From Gammaproteobacteria bacterium (GTDB lineage: Bacteria; Pseudomonadota; Gammaproteobacteria; UBA4575): DNA of 64,000 nt. The DNA is taken from contig JAPOYL010000009.1 of NCBI GenBank assembly GCA_026706595.1, positions 22,687 through 86,686 on the forward strand. The letters run 5' to 3'. This document shows positions 38,580 through 49,102 of the stretch, piece after piece (within the stretch, counting starts at the first letter, position 1; each line of letters opens with the position of its first letter). The notes below the pieces were generated by a model. That model searched no databases and was not told the DNA's origin. It saw only the letters and a program-made list of their open reading frames with translations. The position numbers were made by a program, and so were the translations under genes.

Positions 38580-40709
38580 ATGAAGAAAATAGCGGTCCTT
38601 TTTATTGTCATCGCCCTGATCGCAGTCTTTTTCATTCTTGATTTGCACCACTACCTCGATTTCTCGTATATCAAATCCAAGCAACTCCAGTTTACCGACT
38701 ACTTTCACGCCTATCCTGTCAAGACGGCACTGATCTATTTCCTGATCTACCTGGTTGTAACCGGACTGTCCCTGCCGGGTGCGGCCGTACTCTCGCTGCT
38801 TGCCGGTGCGATCTTCGGGTTGCCGGTGGGCGCGGCTGTCGTGCTGCTTGCAGCCACTTGCGGGGCCACCATCGCATTCTGGCTGTCGCGCTACATTTTT
38901 CGTGATTTCGTGCAGAACCGATTCGGGGACAAGCTGGCGGCCGTGAATCGTGGCATTGAGAAGGATGGGGCGTTTTATCTGTTCACACTGCGACTGATCC
39001 CGATATTCCCGTTTTTCGTCATCAACCTCGTCATGGGTCTCACCCCCATGCGAACCTCCGTCTTTTTTGTCACCAGCCTGCTCGGCATGGTACCCGGATG
39101 CATCATTTACGTGAACGTCGGCACCCAGTTGGCCAGCCTGGAGTCCCTCGGCGGGATCCTGACGCCGGGCCTGCTGATCGCGTTGCTGCTGCTGGCGGTC
39201 TTCCCGTGGATCGCGAGAAAAGCCGTTGAGCTTCTTCGTGCGCGGCGGGTGTATGCCGGTTTCAGCCGGCCGAAAAAGTTTGACCGCAACCTGATCGTCA
39301 TCGGGGCGGGCTCGGGAGGTCTGGTCGCCGCGCTCATTGCCGCGACCGTCAAGGCCAGGGTCACGCTGGTCGAGAAAAACAAAATGGGGGGTGACTGCCT
39401 GAACACCGGCTGTGTACCTTCCAAGGCGCTCATACGTTCGGCAAAGTTTATCGCCCAGGCAAAACGGGCGCAGCAGTACGGCTGTGAGCCGGTACAGGTG
39501 GAATTTAATTTCAAGAAGATCATGCAGCGCGTACGGCGCGTCATCCAGACGGTGGAGCCTCATGATTCCGTGGAGCGCTATACGAAGCTGGGAGTCGAGT
39601 GCATACAGGGCGAGGCGGAACTGAAGGACCCGTGGACGGTTGCCGTGAACGGAACGACGCTGACGAGCAAGAGTATCGTCCTGGCGACCGGGGCCAGTCC
39701 CCTGGTTCCAGACCTGCCAGGCTTGGCGGAGGCGGGCTATCATACCTCGGACACCATCTGGGACATCGATGTCCTTCCCGAGCGCATGGTCATCCTGGGA
39801 GGGGGTCCGATCGGATGTGAGCTGGCGCAATGCTTTGCGCGGCTGGGCTCCAAAGTGACCCAGGTGCAGCGCAGATCCAGGATCCTGCCGCGTGAAGACC
39901 CGGAGATTGCGGCCATGGTCACGGAAAGTTTCCGGCGCGACGGCGTGCAGATACTGACCGAGCACGCCGCACAGGAGGTCGTGCAGGAACCGGACTCCAG
40001 AGTACTGATTTGCAGCCACGGGGGCGAGGAGGTCCGTATTCCGTTTGATACCATTCTGGTTGCAGTGGGGCGCAAGGTGACCTCCCACCATACCTGGGAC
40101 AAGCACCTGCAGATCGAGGTGCAGAAAAACGGGCAGCCTGAACTGAATGAATTTCTGCAAACCAGTTACCCGAACATCTATGCCTGTGGCGATCTCGCGG
40201 GCCCTTACCAATTCACGCACACGGCTTCCCACCAGGCCTGGTATGCCAGTGTCAATGCGCTGTTCGGGCGCTTCAGGAAATTCCGCGTGGACTACTCGGT
40301 CATCCCCTGGTGTACGTTCACAGAACCCGAAGTGGCAAGGGTCGGTCTGAATGAACAGGAGGCACAGTGCAGGGGGGTCGAACACGAAGTGGCATGCTAC
40401 GATATCTCCGATCTGGATCGCGCCATTGCCGATGAAGAGGCGCACGGGGTGGTCAAGGTACTGACGGTTCCCGGCAAGGACCGGATACTGGGGGTTACCA
40501 TTGTTGGTGAGCATGCCGGTGACCTGATCGCTGAGTATGTCTCGGCCATGAAGCACAAGCTGGGCCTGAACAAGATTCTCGGCACGATTCATATCTACCC
40601 GACGCTGGCCGAGGCGAACAAGTATGCTGCCGGTGCCTGGAAGAAGGCTCATGCCCCCGAGAAAGTGCTGAGTTGGGTAAAGAGGTATCATGCCTTTGAG
40701 CGCGGCTGA
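38580..40709 (+). CDS. Fusion protein: DedA/TVP38-TMEM64 membrane domain plus class-I pyridine-nucleotide-disulfide oxidoreductase (often mis-annotated as mercuric reductase)
   Basis: N-terminal multi-TM DedA region. FAD-binding 'VIGAGSGG'. Redox-active disulfide 'GGDCLNTGCVPSK'. NAD-binding 'ILGGGPIGCE'. Dimerisation His-Glu 'HIYPTLAE'. There is no C-terminal MerA Cys pair. Confidence 0.8.
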   Translation: MKKIAVLFIVIALIAVFFILDLHHYLDFSYIKSKQLQFTDYFHAYPVKTALIYFLIYLVVTGLSLPGAAVLSLLAGAIFGLPVGAAVVLLAATCGATIAFWLSRYIFRDFVQNRFGDKLAAVNRGIEKDGAFYLFTLRLIPIFPFFVINLVMGLTPMRTSVFFVTSLLGMVPGCIIYVNVGTQLASLESLGGILTPGLLIALLLLAVFPWIARKAVELLRARRVYAGFSRPKKFDRNLIVIGAGSGGLVAALIAATVKARVTLVEKNKMGGDCLNTGCVPSKALIRSAKFIAQAKRAQQYGCEPVQVEFNFKKIMQRVRRVIQTVEPHDSVERYTKLGVECIQGEAELKDPWTVAVNGTTLTSKSIVLATGASPLVPDLPGLAEAGYHTSDTIWDIDVLPERMVILGGGPIGCELAQCFARLGSKVTQVQRRSRILPREDPEIAAMVTESFRRDGVQILTEHAAQEVVQEPDSRVLICSHGGEEVRIPFDTILVAVGRKVTSHHTWDKHLQIEVQKNGQPELNEFLQTSYPNIYACGDLAGPYQFTHTASHQAWYASVNALFGRFRKFRVDYSVIPWCTFTEPEVARVGLNEQEAQCRGVEHEVACYDISDLDRAIADEEAHGVVKVLTVPGKDRILGVTIVGEHAGDLIAEYVSAMKHKLGLNKILGTIHIYPTLAEANKYAAGAWKKAHAPEKVLSWVKRYHAFERG

Positions 40710-40737
40710 TGCCGCCTGATTTGGGAGCACTCTGGAT

Positions 40738-41697
40738 ATGCATGAAACCCTGCATCTGCTGAAACAGTCCGACTTCCCCGAAATTCACCGGGCCCGGCTT
40801 GAGACCCTGCAGATCAACCTGGGCTACCGCTGCAACCAGACCTGTGTGCACTGCCATGTCAATGCCGGTCCGAACCGCAAGGAGATGATGTCTTCGGATA
40901 CGATCAACACCGTGCTGGGCTATCTGCAGGCACGTGATGTCCAGGTGCTGGATATCACCGGCGGGGCTCCGGAACTGCACCCGCAGTTCAGAAGCCTGGT
41001 CGAACAGGCCCGCGGACAGGTCGAGCGTGTGATCGATCGCTGCAACCTGACGATACTTGAGGAACCCGGGCAGGAATCACTTGCACAATTCCTGGCAGAG
41101 CAGCACGTCGAGATCGTGGCATCCCTGCCATGCTATCTTGAAGAAAATGTCGACCGCCAGCGCGGCAAGGGAGTGTTCCAGAAGAGCATACGGGCATTGC
41201 AACGGCTGAATGCGCTTGGCTACGGAACCGGTGATGCCCGCCTGAGTCTCACGCTGGTCTACAATCCACAGGGCCCGGATTTGCCACCGTCGCAGGAAGG
41301 CCTGGAGAGAGACTATCATGAATTCCTGCTCAAGTACGGGGTCAGGTTCGATCACCTGTTCACCATCACCAACATGCCGATCAAGCGGTTTGGCAGCATG
41401 CTGGTGAGCCAGGGAAAATTTGACGAATACATGCAGTTGCTGAGGGATTCCTATTGTGAAAAAAACCTGCAGGCGGTGATGTGCCGTTCCCTGATCAGCG
41501 TGGACTGGCGCGGCTACGTGTATGACTGTGACTTCAACCAGATGCTCGGCTTGCCGCTGCCGTATCACAACCAGGTGCGCACGCATTTGTCCGAGCTGAT
41601 GAGTGTCGATCTGGAGGGCAGCGAAATTGCCGTGGCGGACCACTGCTATGGCTGTACTGCTGGACAGGGGAGCAGTTGTGGCGGTTCGCTGAGCTAG
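40738..41697 (+). CDS. Radical SAM/Cys-rich-domain protein, ArsS-like (arsenosugar-biosynthesis radical SAM family)
   Basis: 'CNQTCVHCHVNAG' CxxxCxxC and a C-terminal Cys cluster 'CYGCTAGQGSSCGG'. Confidence 0.7.
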   Translation: MHETLHLLKQSDFPEIHRARLETLQINLGYRCNQTCVHCHVNAGPNRKEMMSSDTINTVLGYLQARDVQVLDITGGAPELHPQFRSLVEQARGQVERVIDRCNLTILEEPGQESLAQFLAEQHVEIVASLPCYLEENVDRQRGKGVFQKSIRALQRLNALGYGTGDARLSLTLVYNPQGPDLPPSQEGLERDYHEFLLKYGVRFDHLFTITNMPIKRFGSMLVSQGKFDEYMQLLRDSYCEKNLQAVMCRSLISVDWRGYVYDCDFNQMLGLPLPYHNQVRTHLSELMSVDLEGSEIAVADHCYGCTAGQGSSCGGSLS

Positions 41698-41738
41698 CGA
41701 CCGTAATGTACCTGCTGTAACCTGCCTCACACACGGAT

Positions 41739-42794
41739 ATGAGAATATTGCTTGTATACATTGCCTTGGCCCTCTATGCGGTAACGGGTCATGCACAGGA
41801 GATGATGGAACGGCCTCCTGTGTTTGTGGTCACTGAGCCGGCAGTGAAAAAAAGTGTCTCGCCCACCGTCCTGTACAGCGGCACAGTCATCAGTCGGGAC
41901 GATGCCTATCTGGCGGGGGAAGTCCCCGGACACCTGACGTGGGTTGCCGATGTCGGCAGTCGTTTTCAAAAGGGTGAGACGGTGGCAAAAATGGATGACG
42001 TCTTCATCAGCCAGCAACTGATCGAAGAGCAATCCATCATCCAGAGCGAAAAGGCAAAGTACGAGTACCACACTCGCCAGGTGGAACGGTTCAGCAAACT
42101 CCTGACGGACAACAACATTGCAATGAGCCAGATGGATGCGGCCCGCAGGGACCAGTCGGTAGCGCGCAGTAACATCCTCTCCGCAGAAGCCCGCCTTGTC
42201 CAGGCCGAAGAGCATTTGCGGCGTACACGAATCATCGCCCCGTTTGACGGTATTGTATCCGAACGACGCCTGCAGGCCGGTGAGTGGGCCGACAAGGGGG
42301 AGGCCATCGTGCGGCTGGTCAGCAGCGAGAACCTTGAGATTCAAACGCACATTCCATCCAGCGCACTACCCTTTGTGACGGTCGGCACGCCTTTGACTTA
42401 CAACCATGGAAAATTCAACGGCACGGGCCGGGTGCGTACCTTGGTGCCGATCGGTGGAGACCTGTCCCGGCTGTATGAGTTGCGTGTTTCCATCTCGGAT
42501 GCGTCCTTGAGTGCGGGCACTCTGCTGCGCGTCGCAATCCCGACTGCACACCCCAGGGAAGTGGTGCTGGTGTCGCGCGATGCCCTGGTGCTGCGCAGGG
42601 AGGGGGTGTATGTGTTTCGCGTGAATGATCAATCGGTGGCAGAGAGGATCGCTGTGCAAACCGGGATTGCCGACTCTGACAGCATCGAAGTGATTGGCGG
42701 AATCCGGGAAAGTGACCGGGTCATCACACGCGGCGGCGAGAACCTCCAGCCCGGGATGGTAGTCAAGGTGCGACCGCTACTGGCGGATCCATGA
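41739..42794 (+). CDS. RND efflux periplasmic adaptor (membrane-fusion protein)
   Basis: A signal peptide with coiled-coil and beta-barrel adaptor architecture. Translationally coupled to the downstream RND permease. Confidence 0.8.
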   Translation: MRILLVYIALALYAVTGHAQEMMERPPVFVVTEPAVKKSVSPTVLYSGTVISRDDAYLAGEVPGHLTWVADVGSRFQKGETVAKMDDVFISQQLIEEQSIIQSEKAKYEYHTRQVERFSKLLTDNNIAMSQMDAARRDQSVARSNILSAEARLVQAEEHLRRTRIIAPFDGIVSERRLQAGEWADKGEAIVRLVSSENLEIQTHIPSSALPFVTVGTPLTYNHGKFNGTGRVRTLVPIGGDLSRLYELRVSISDASLSAGTLLRVAIPTAHPREVVLVSRDALVLRREGVYVFRVNDQSVAERIAVQTGIADSDSIEVIGGIRESDRVITRGGENLQPGMVVKVRPLLADP

Positions 42795-45700
42795 ACCCGA
42801 TTAAACTTGCACTGGGCAATCCCACTGCAACCCTGGTCGGCTGCCTGTTGGTTATCCTGTTTGGGTCGGTGACCCTGACCCAACTTCCCATCCAGCTGAC
42901 TCCCGCTGTGGAGCAGCCCGAGATCGTGATCTCGACCAGTTGGCGGGCGGCAGCCCCGGAAGAGGTCGAGTCCGAGATCATCGAGCCCCAGGAAAAGCAG
43001 TTGCGCGGCCTTACGGGCATGACGGAACTGCTTTCAGAAGCAAGCACCGGCACGGGCAAGATCACGATTTCCTTTGAGGTGGAACACGACTTGAACCGGG
43101 CGCTGATCGATGTGATCAACCGGCTGAACCGTGTTCCCAGCTATCCCGAAGATGCAGACGAGCCCGTGCTCAGCACGGCCGGTGGCCGGGGACGGCCGAT
43201 CGCCTGGTTCATCATCCGGACTGAAGAAGGCAATCCCCGGCCCATAGAAACCTACCGGGATTTTGTTGAGGACGTCGTGCAGACACGCCTTGAGCGCATC
43301 AACGGAGTCGCGCTATCCGAGGTTCGTGGCGGGAATGAGCATGAAGTCAGGATTACCGTCGATCCCTACAAGGCGGCAGGACTGGGTATCGACCTGACCA
43401 AGGCCGCCGCCCTGGTCAACGGCAATGAGGACATCTCCGGTGGCACTGCAAGCGTCGGCAAACGGCGCTACACATTGCGTTATGCCGGTTCGCTGGACGT
43501 ACGACAACTCAATGAACTGATCCTGGAGTGGCGAGATGGCAGGGCCATCGTATTGCGGGATATCGCCCGGGTTGAACTGGCCACCGTCGACCGCAACAAC
43601 TTCGTGATTACCAAGGGCGGACAGTCGATCGCAGTCAATGCCTACAGGGAGTCAGGTGTCAACGTGTTGCAGACCATGAGCCGGATCCGGGAAGTGGTCC
43701 GGGAGATCGAGCAGGGGCCTCTTAAACGGGCAGGCCTGAACATAGAACAGGTCTACGACGAGACTCAATATATCAACAGCGCGATCGAGTTGTTGCGCAA
43801 CAGCCTGAGCCTGGGAGTACTGTTGGCAATTGCCATTTTATGGTGGTTTCTGAGAAGGCTGCGGCCAACGCTGGTAGTCACTTTAGCGATACCCCTGTGC
43901 CTGTTTATGGCCTTGGTGATGATGAACATGACAGGCCGCACCATTAATGTCGTTTCCCTGGCGGGGATGGCATTTGCGGTCGGCATGGTGATGGATGCCG
44001 CGATCATCGTACTGGAGAACATTGTCCGCATGCGCGAGCAGGGCATGCCCTCCAAAGAAGCCGCGATTACAGGTACCTGGCAGGTGTGGCCGGCCTTGTT
44101 TGCCTCTGCAGTGACGACAGTCGCCATTTTTCTGCCGATCATTTTTCTGAAGGATCAAAGTGGTCAGCTGTTCTCGGATCTGGCCATCGTGATTTCAGTG
44201 GCTACCGTGACATCATTGCTCGTTGCCAGCCTTGTGATTCCCGTGGCTGCCCATGAGTTTACGTCGCAATTGCAGCTTGCCGACAGACCGGAATCTTGGC
44301 TGGATCGATCCACTTCGATGATCATGAGCCTCACCGGCACGCCGAAGATGCGCTGGATATGGATCCTCGGCCTGATCGGGACAGCGGTCACGATTACCTA
44401 TCTGGCCTTCCCCAAGCTGAACTATTTGCCGGAAGGAAATCGTAACCTGGTGTTTGGCATCATAATCCCTCCTCCGGGTGTCAATATTGATCACGTAGAG
44501 AAGGAAATGGGGGAAGTGATTGCCCAACGCCTGCAGCCGTATCTCGACGGCACAAGGTCACCGCAAATCAAACATTACTTCTTTGTCGCCCGGCCCGGGG
44601 CAATGTTCTTGGGTGCGCGGGCACAAAATCCGCACAAGGATGAAATCGACGAGGTCATGAAGGTCGTGAAAGGCACGATCAGCGGTTTTCCAGACAGCTT
44701 TGCCATCGTGCAGAAGGCGTCCTTGTTCAGTGGTGTTGGCGGAAGAACCTCTGTTGATATCAACATCCAGGGAAATGACATCGAAAGCCTGCTGCATGCT
44801 GCCCGGATGGGCTTTTTCAAGATTCCCACGGTGTTTCCCGGAATACGGGCCAACCCGAAACCCGGACTGCAGCTGGCAGAGCCCGAGCTACAGATGGCGC
44901 CTAGGGAGAGCCGCCTGGTTGAGGTCGGCTGGGGACGCGGGACCATGGCCTTGCTGACACGCTTTTTGGGCCAGGGTCTGTTTGTCGGCGAATATTTCGA
45001 TGGCGATGAAAAACTGGATGTGGTCGCCAGAGTCCAGCCATGGGACACACCGGAAGAACTGGCCGCTATCCCGTTGTATACGCCCCAAGGCGGTGTTCTG
45101 CCTGTCAGCGAGCTGGTCGAGATCACGCGCACCGCGGGTCCGGACCTCATTCGCCGCCTCGACCGACGACGTACTGTGACCCTGGAATTGCGCCCACCGC
45201 CCGGGGTTCCCCTCGAAGTGGTACTCGACAAGATTCACCAGGAAATCATCCCGGTCATAGAACGGGAACTGCCAGAGGGTGGAGCGATTCGCCTGAGCGG
45301 GTCTGCCGACAATCTTAAAAAGGCAATCCAGGGCTTTTCAAGCAGCTTTGTGCTGGCCGTGATCATCCTTTACTTGCTGATCACCGCGCTGTTTCGATCT
45401 TTTGTCGACGGGGTTCTGGTCATTTTGGTCCTGCCGCTTGCTACTGTGGGCGGGGTCCTCATGTTGCAGCTGCTGAATCTTCCCGCAGACCTGTTGACCA
45501 TGCTTGGCTTCATTGTCTTGCTGGGCCTGGTCGTCAATAACGCGATCCTGCTGGTCCACCAGGCCCGTGCCGCAGAGCGTCGGGGCCTGTCGCGCCCCGA
45601 CGCGGTACGTGAATCCGTACGGGTGCGCCTGCGGCCCATCTTCATGAGCACGCTGACCAGCATTTTCGGGATGCTGCCCCTGCTAGTCATCCCGGGTTCG

Positions 45701-45850
45701 GGCTCTGAGCTTTACAAGGGATTCGCCGGGGTCATCGTTGGAGGAATGGCGGTGAGCACCGTGTTCACGCTGATCCTGCTGCCCAGCATCCTGCAGCTCG
45801 GCAAAGCCACATCTCCTGCCGGGCGTGATGCTGAAATCACACCGGCCTGA
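42791..45850 (+). CDS. RND efflux transporter permease (AcrB/HAE1-like)
   Basis: 1019 aa, 12 TM helices and two large periplasmic loops. Confidence 0.85.
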   Translation: MNPIKLALGNPTATLVGCLLVILFGSVTLTQLPIQLTPAVEQPEIVISTSWRAAAPEEVESEIIEPQEKQLRGLTGMTELLSEASTGTGKITISFEVEHDLNRALIDVINRLNRVPSYPEDADEPVLSTAGGRGRPIAWFIIRTEEGNPRPIETYRDFVEDVVQTRLERINGVALSEVRGGNEHEVRITVDPYKAAGLGIDLTKAAALVNGNEDISGGTASVGKRRYTLRYAGSLDVRQLNELILEWRDGRAIVLRDIARVELATVDRNNFVITKGGQSIAVNAYRESGVNVLQTMSRIREVVREIEQGPLKRAGLNIEQVYDETQYINSAIELLRNSLSLGVLLAIAILWWFLRRLRPTLVVTLAIPLCLFMALVMMNMTGRTINVVSLAGMAFAVGMVMDAAIIVLENIVRMREQGMPSKEAAITGTWQVWPALFASAVTTVAIFLPIIFLKDQSGQLFSDLAIVISVATVTSLLVASLVIPVAAHEFTSQLQLADRPESWLDRSTSMIMSLTGTPKMRWIWILGLIGTAVTITYLAFPKLNYLPEGNRNLVFGIIIPPPGVNIDHVEKEMGEVIAQRLQPYLDGTRSPQIKHYFFVARPGAMFLGARAQNPHKDEIDEVMKVVKGTISGFPDSFAIVQKASLFSGVGGRTSVDINIQGNDIESLLHAARMGFFKIPTVFPGIRANPKPGLQLAEPELQMAPRESRLVEVGWGRGTMALLTRFLGQGLFVGEYFDGDEKLDVVARVQPWDTPEELAAIPLYTPQGGVLPVSELVEITRTAGPDLIRRLDRRRTVTLELRPPPGVPLEVVLDKIHQEIIPVIERELPEGGAIRLSGSADNLKKAIQGFSSSFVLAVIILYLLITALFRSFVDGVLVILVLPLATVGGVLMLQLLNLPADLLTMLGFIVLLGLVVNNAILLVHQARAAERRGLSRPDAVRESVRVRLRPIFMSTLTSIFGMLPLLVIPGSGSELYKGFAGVIVGGMAVSTVFTLILLPSILQLGKATSPAGRDAEITPA

Positions 45851-45889
45851 GGACATTTCTGCACTTTTGGAACCTCTGTTGCCTGCCGG

Positions 45890-46711
45890 TCAGTGCAGTT
45901 TCTTGCGTTGTTCCTTGATCATGTCATAGGCCTTGCGAATCTCTTGGGTTTTCTCTGTGGCGATATCGATCATCTCTTCGGGCAGGCCCTTGGAAATCAG
46001 CTTGTCAGGATGATGCTGGCTCATCAGCCTGCGGTAGGCCCTCTTGATGTCGGCCTCGGAGGCCTGCGGGTCAACGCCGAGGACCCTGTAGGCATTTTCG
46101 ATCTCCTCAGCGGATACGAAGGCGGAGCGGTTGCCGTACTGATCACGGTGCTGCTGGCCAAAGGTGATCGATTCCAGTTGCTCAAGCCACGCATGTGGAT
46201 ATCCCAGCACGCTGCATATGTGGCGCAGAACCTGCTCCTCGGCCGGGTCCTTGATACCGTCCGCATAAGCGGCTTGCAGCTGAATCTCGATGAACATCTG
46301 GATCAGCGTGGTTTTGCGATGGCACTCCCTTCGGAACTGCTCGAGAACCTCGTCGAGCATGAATCCGTCCTCCTTGCCCTGATTGAACAGGGCTACGGCA
46401 ATCTTGCGCTGCGATTTGTTCAACCGCATCTGCGAGATCACCTGCTCGGCCAGCTGTATTTCCTGCGGGGAAACCTGTCCATCCGCCTTGGCAATGTGGC
46501 CCATGACAGAAAAGGTTGCGGTAAAGAAGGCGGCTTGGGTCCGTTCCTGTGAACCTTGGTCGAAGCTGAACCCCTCCTGCCTGCCGCCAGAGGATTTGTC
46601 CAGCTGATGGCCAAGCATGGCACCGATCATTGCACCAAGCGGCCCGCCCAGTGCAAATCCCAGTCCACCGCCAGCCAGCTTTCCCCACCAACTCATGGGC
46701 GTGTCTGCCAC
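45890..46711 (-). CDS. djlA: Co-chaperone DjlA (TM plus TerB plus C-terminal J domain)
   Basis: A C-terminal J domain 'AYRVLGVDPQASEADIKRAYRRLMSQHHPDK'. Confidence 0.85.
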   Translation of the reverse strand: MADTPMSWWGKLAGGGLGFALGGPLGAMIGAMLGHQLDKSSGGRQEGFSFDQGSQERTQAAFFTATFSVMGHIAKADGQVSPQEIQLAEQVISQMRLNKSQRKIAVALFNQGKEDGFMLDEVLEQFRRECHRKTTLIQMFIEIQLQAAYADGIKDPAEEQVLRHICSVLGYPHAWLEQLESITFGQQHRDQYGNRSAFVSAEEIENAYRVLGVDPQASEADIKRAYRRLMSQHHPDKLISKGLPEEMIDIATEKTQEIRKAYDMIKEQRKKLH

Positions 46712-46762
46712 CTGTAATGTATCATCGTGCCGTGTGCCCGCCTGCGGCCCGGATAACCGTTC

Positions 46763-48067
46763 TTATTTCGCACAGGTTCTGAATCCGGCGAATACATCAT
46801 TGCGGTCAGGACCATAGTAGTTGCGCCATGTGTTGTGGATCATGCGACTGCGGGTTACCCAAGCACCACCCCGCAGCACTTTGGTCTGACCGAACAACGG
46901 TCGGGAATATTCCGTGTAGCAGTCCGGTGAGAAGCCTGGATAGGGCTGGAAAGTCGAGTCCGTCCACTCCCACACATTGCCAAGCATCTGACGGCAGCCC
47001 AGTGCGCTGTCACCTGCCGGATGCGCGTGGACGCCAGCTGGGCCGGAACCCCTAGCATCCAGATTGGCACAATCCGCACTGGCCTCATCTCCCCAGGGAA
47101 ACTGCCTCTTGCAGGGCATGCCTGCAGTCACATCCTCTGGATTGCAAGCAGCTGCAAATTCCCATTCCGCCTCGGTCGGCAAGCGCCGGTTTGCCCATCT
47201 GCAAAACGCTTGGGCTTCATACCAGCTGACATGAATCACGGGATGGGCCAGTGCCAGAGCATGCCACTGGTCAAACCGTCGGGTGTGCCAGGTGTGATCG
47301 GAATCCTTTCTCCAGTACACCGGACATTCAAGACCCCGTTCCTTGCGCCATTGCCAACCCGCATCGCACCAGTATTCCCGCGTTGTATAGCCGCCGGCCT
47401 CCACAAACTCGACATAGTCTTGGTTGCTTACCGCGCAGCGGGCAATACGAAAAGGGGCCAGCGTGATCCTGTGTGCCCATTTCTCATTGTCAAACGTGAA
47501 CTCGCCGTTTCTTTCCGCACCCAGAAGGAACGGTCCGCCTGCAACTTCGATATCTTCATTTTCAGGAACGCTGCCGCCGTCAGCAGGTGTTTGATGGCGC
47601 ATGTAGGCCGGTGCGGGGTAGGCGAGAGTCTGTCGTGTGTAGGTCAGTGCCTCGCCATGCATGTCTTCATGGAACAGGGCCAGCAGATAGAAGTATTTTG
47701 CAGAATCTTCCAGCCCGATTTCGTCCAGTTGGGAAACCTCTGCCGACAGTACCTCATCCATGTACTGGAGTGTGTCTTCCATACTGGGTAGCGGCAGATC
47801 CCACCGCGTTTCGTGCGGGATGGAGATGGAGTCAAACAGCCTGTCTGAATCCGGAAGAATTTCCGGTCGTTGGCCTAGGTGGCGCAGCACCCAGAGTTCG
47901 TGGAAATACGCGGTGTGGGCAATTTCCCAGCACAAGGGGTTGGTGGTGGAAAGCCTGGGGCCGAGGAGTTGCTGTGAGTCCAGCCCCTCGATCAGGGTCA
48001 GGGTCCTGGAGCGCGTATCCCGCAAGGCGGCTTCTAGGTTTTCTGCGGTAGCGTCTCTGTAGTGCAT
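46763..48067 (-). CDS. EgtB/SenA-like sulfoxide (selenoxide) synthase homolog (DinB_2 plus FGE-sulfatase domains)
   Basis: An N-terminal DinB-like four-helix region followed by an FGE-like C-terminal domain (about 434 aa). There is no egtD neighbour. Confidence 0.7.
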   Translation of the reverse strand: MHYRDATAENLEAALRDTRSRTLTLIEGLDSQQLLGPRLSTTNPLCWEIAHTAYFHELWVLRHLGQRPEILPDSDRLFDSISIPHETRWDLPLPSMEDTLQYMDEVLSAEVSQLDEIGLEDSAKYFYLLALFHEDMHGEALTYTRQTLAYPAPAYMRHQTPADGGSVPENEDIEVAGGPFLLGAERNGEFTFDNEKWAHRITLAPFRIARCAVSNQDYVEFVEAGGYTTREYWCDAGWQWRKERGLECPVYWRKDSDHTWHTRRFDQWHALALAHPVIHVSWYEAQAFCRWANRRLPTEAEWEFAAACNPEDVTAGMPCKRQFPWGDEASADCANLDARGSGPAGVHAHPAGDSALGCRQMLGNVWEWTDSTFQPYPGFSPDCYTEYSRPLFGQTKVLRGGAWVTRSRMIHNTWRNYYGPDRNDVFAGFRTCAK

Positions 48068-48148
48068 CAGCTTTTCGTATGCATCCTGTTTGGATCACGA
48101 AATATACCCTGTTATCGATACAATAACGTAATACCATTCACTTTTATT

Positions 48149-49102
48149 ATGAAAATTGTCCTGATCACCCCGGCATTGCCCCGTTCCCGTTCTGGAAACC
48201 GCGCCACGGCTGCCCGTTGGAAAAACATCCTGACGGAACTGGGTCACAGGGTAGATGTGAAAGTTGATTTTGCAGGAGGCCAGTATGATGCCATGGTTGC
48301 GTTGCATGCATGGCGTAGTGCAGCCTCCATACGTCGCTTCCATACGCAATTCCCCGAGTGTCCGCTGATCGTGGCGTTGACCGGCACCGACATCTATAAA
48401 TTTATCCGGTCTTCACCACAGCCCACCCTGTACTCGATCCGTGCGGCAGACAGGTTGGTCACCCTGCACGAGCTTGCGGGTTTGGCAATCCCCGCAGAGT
48501 ACAGGGACAAGGTTTCAGTCATCCACCAGTCCGCCAAACCAGTGATGCGCAAACCGGCAAGGCGGAAAAACAGTTTCAATGTCTGTGTGATCGGTCATTT
48601 GCGGGAGGAAAAGGATCCGCTGCGGGCAGCCTACGCGGTTCGCAGGCTGCCCGCGGAATCCCGCATCCGCATCCGCCAGTACGGCAAGGCCCATACCCCG
48701 GTGTGGGCAGAACGGGCCGAAAAAGAGATGCGGGAGAACTTCCGGTATCGCTGGTTCGGCGAAGTCCCGCACTGGCAGGTACGCAGGGTGTACGCGAGTG
48801 CCGATGTGATGGTGCTCAGTTCCCGGATGGAAGGCGGTGCCAATGTGATTTCAGAGGCCTGTGTCGCGGGTCTTCCGGTCATTGCCTCGGAGATCGCAGG
48901 CTCGGTGGGACTGCTGGGCGAAGAGTACCCCGGCTATTATGCAACCGGTGATACCCGGGCGCTGCGCGAACTGCTGCTTCGGGCCGAGGCGGACCACGCC
49001 TGGCTGAGGGTATTGCAAGCGGCCTGCCAGGGGAAAGCCGGGCTGTTTTCCTATGCGAGGGAGAAGAGCCGCTGGAGGATATTGATGAACCGTGTTGCCT
49101 GA
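48149..49102 (+). CDS. Family-1/GT4-type glycosyltransferase, SenB-like (putative selenosugar synthase)
   Basis: An E-x7-E motif region 'EGGANVISEA' in a GT-B fold. It lies between the SenA-like gene and the SelD-fusion gene. Confidence 0.6.
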   Translation: MKIVLITPALPRSRSGNRATAARWKNILTELGHRVDVKVDFAGGQYDAMVALHAWRSAASIRRFHTQFPECPLIVALTGTDIYKFIRSSPQPTLYSIRAADRLVTLHELAGLAIPAEYRDKVSVIHQSAKPVMRKPARRKNSFNVCVIGHLREEKDPLRAAYAVRRLPAESRIRIRQYGKAHTPVWAERAEKEMRENFRYRWFGEVPHWQVRRVYASADVMVLSSRMEGGANVISEACVAGLPVIASEIAGSVGLLGEEYPGYYATGDTRALRELLLRAEADHAWLRVLQAACQGKAGLFSYAREKSRWRILMNRVA

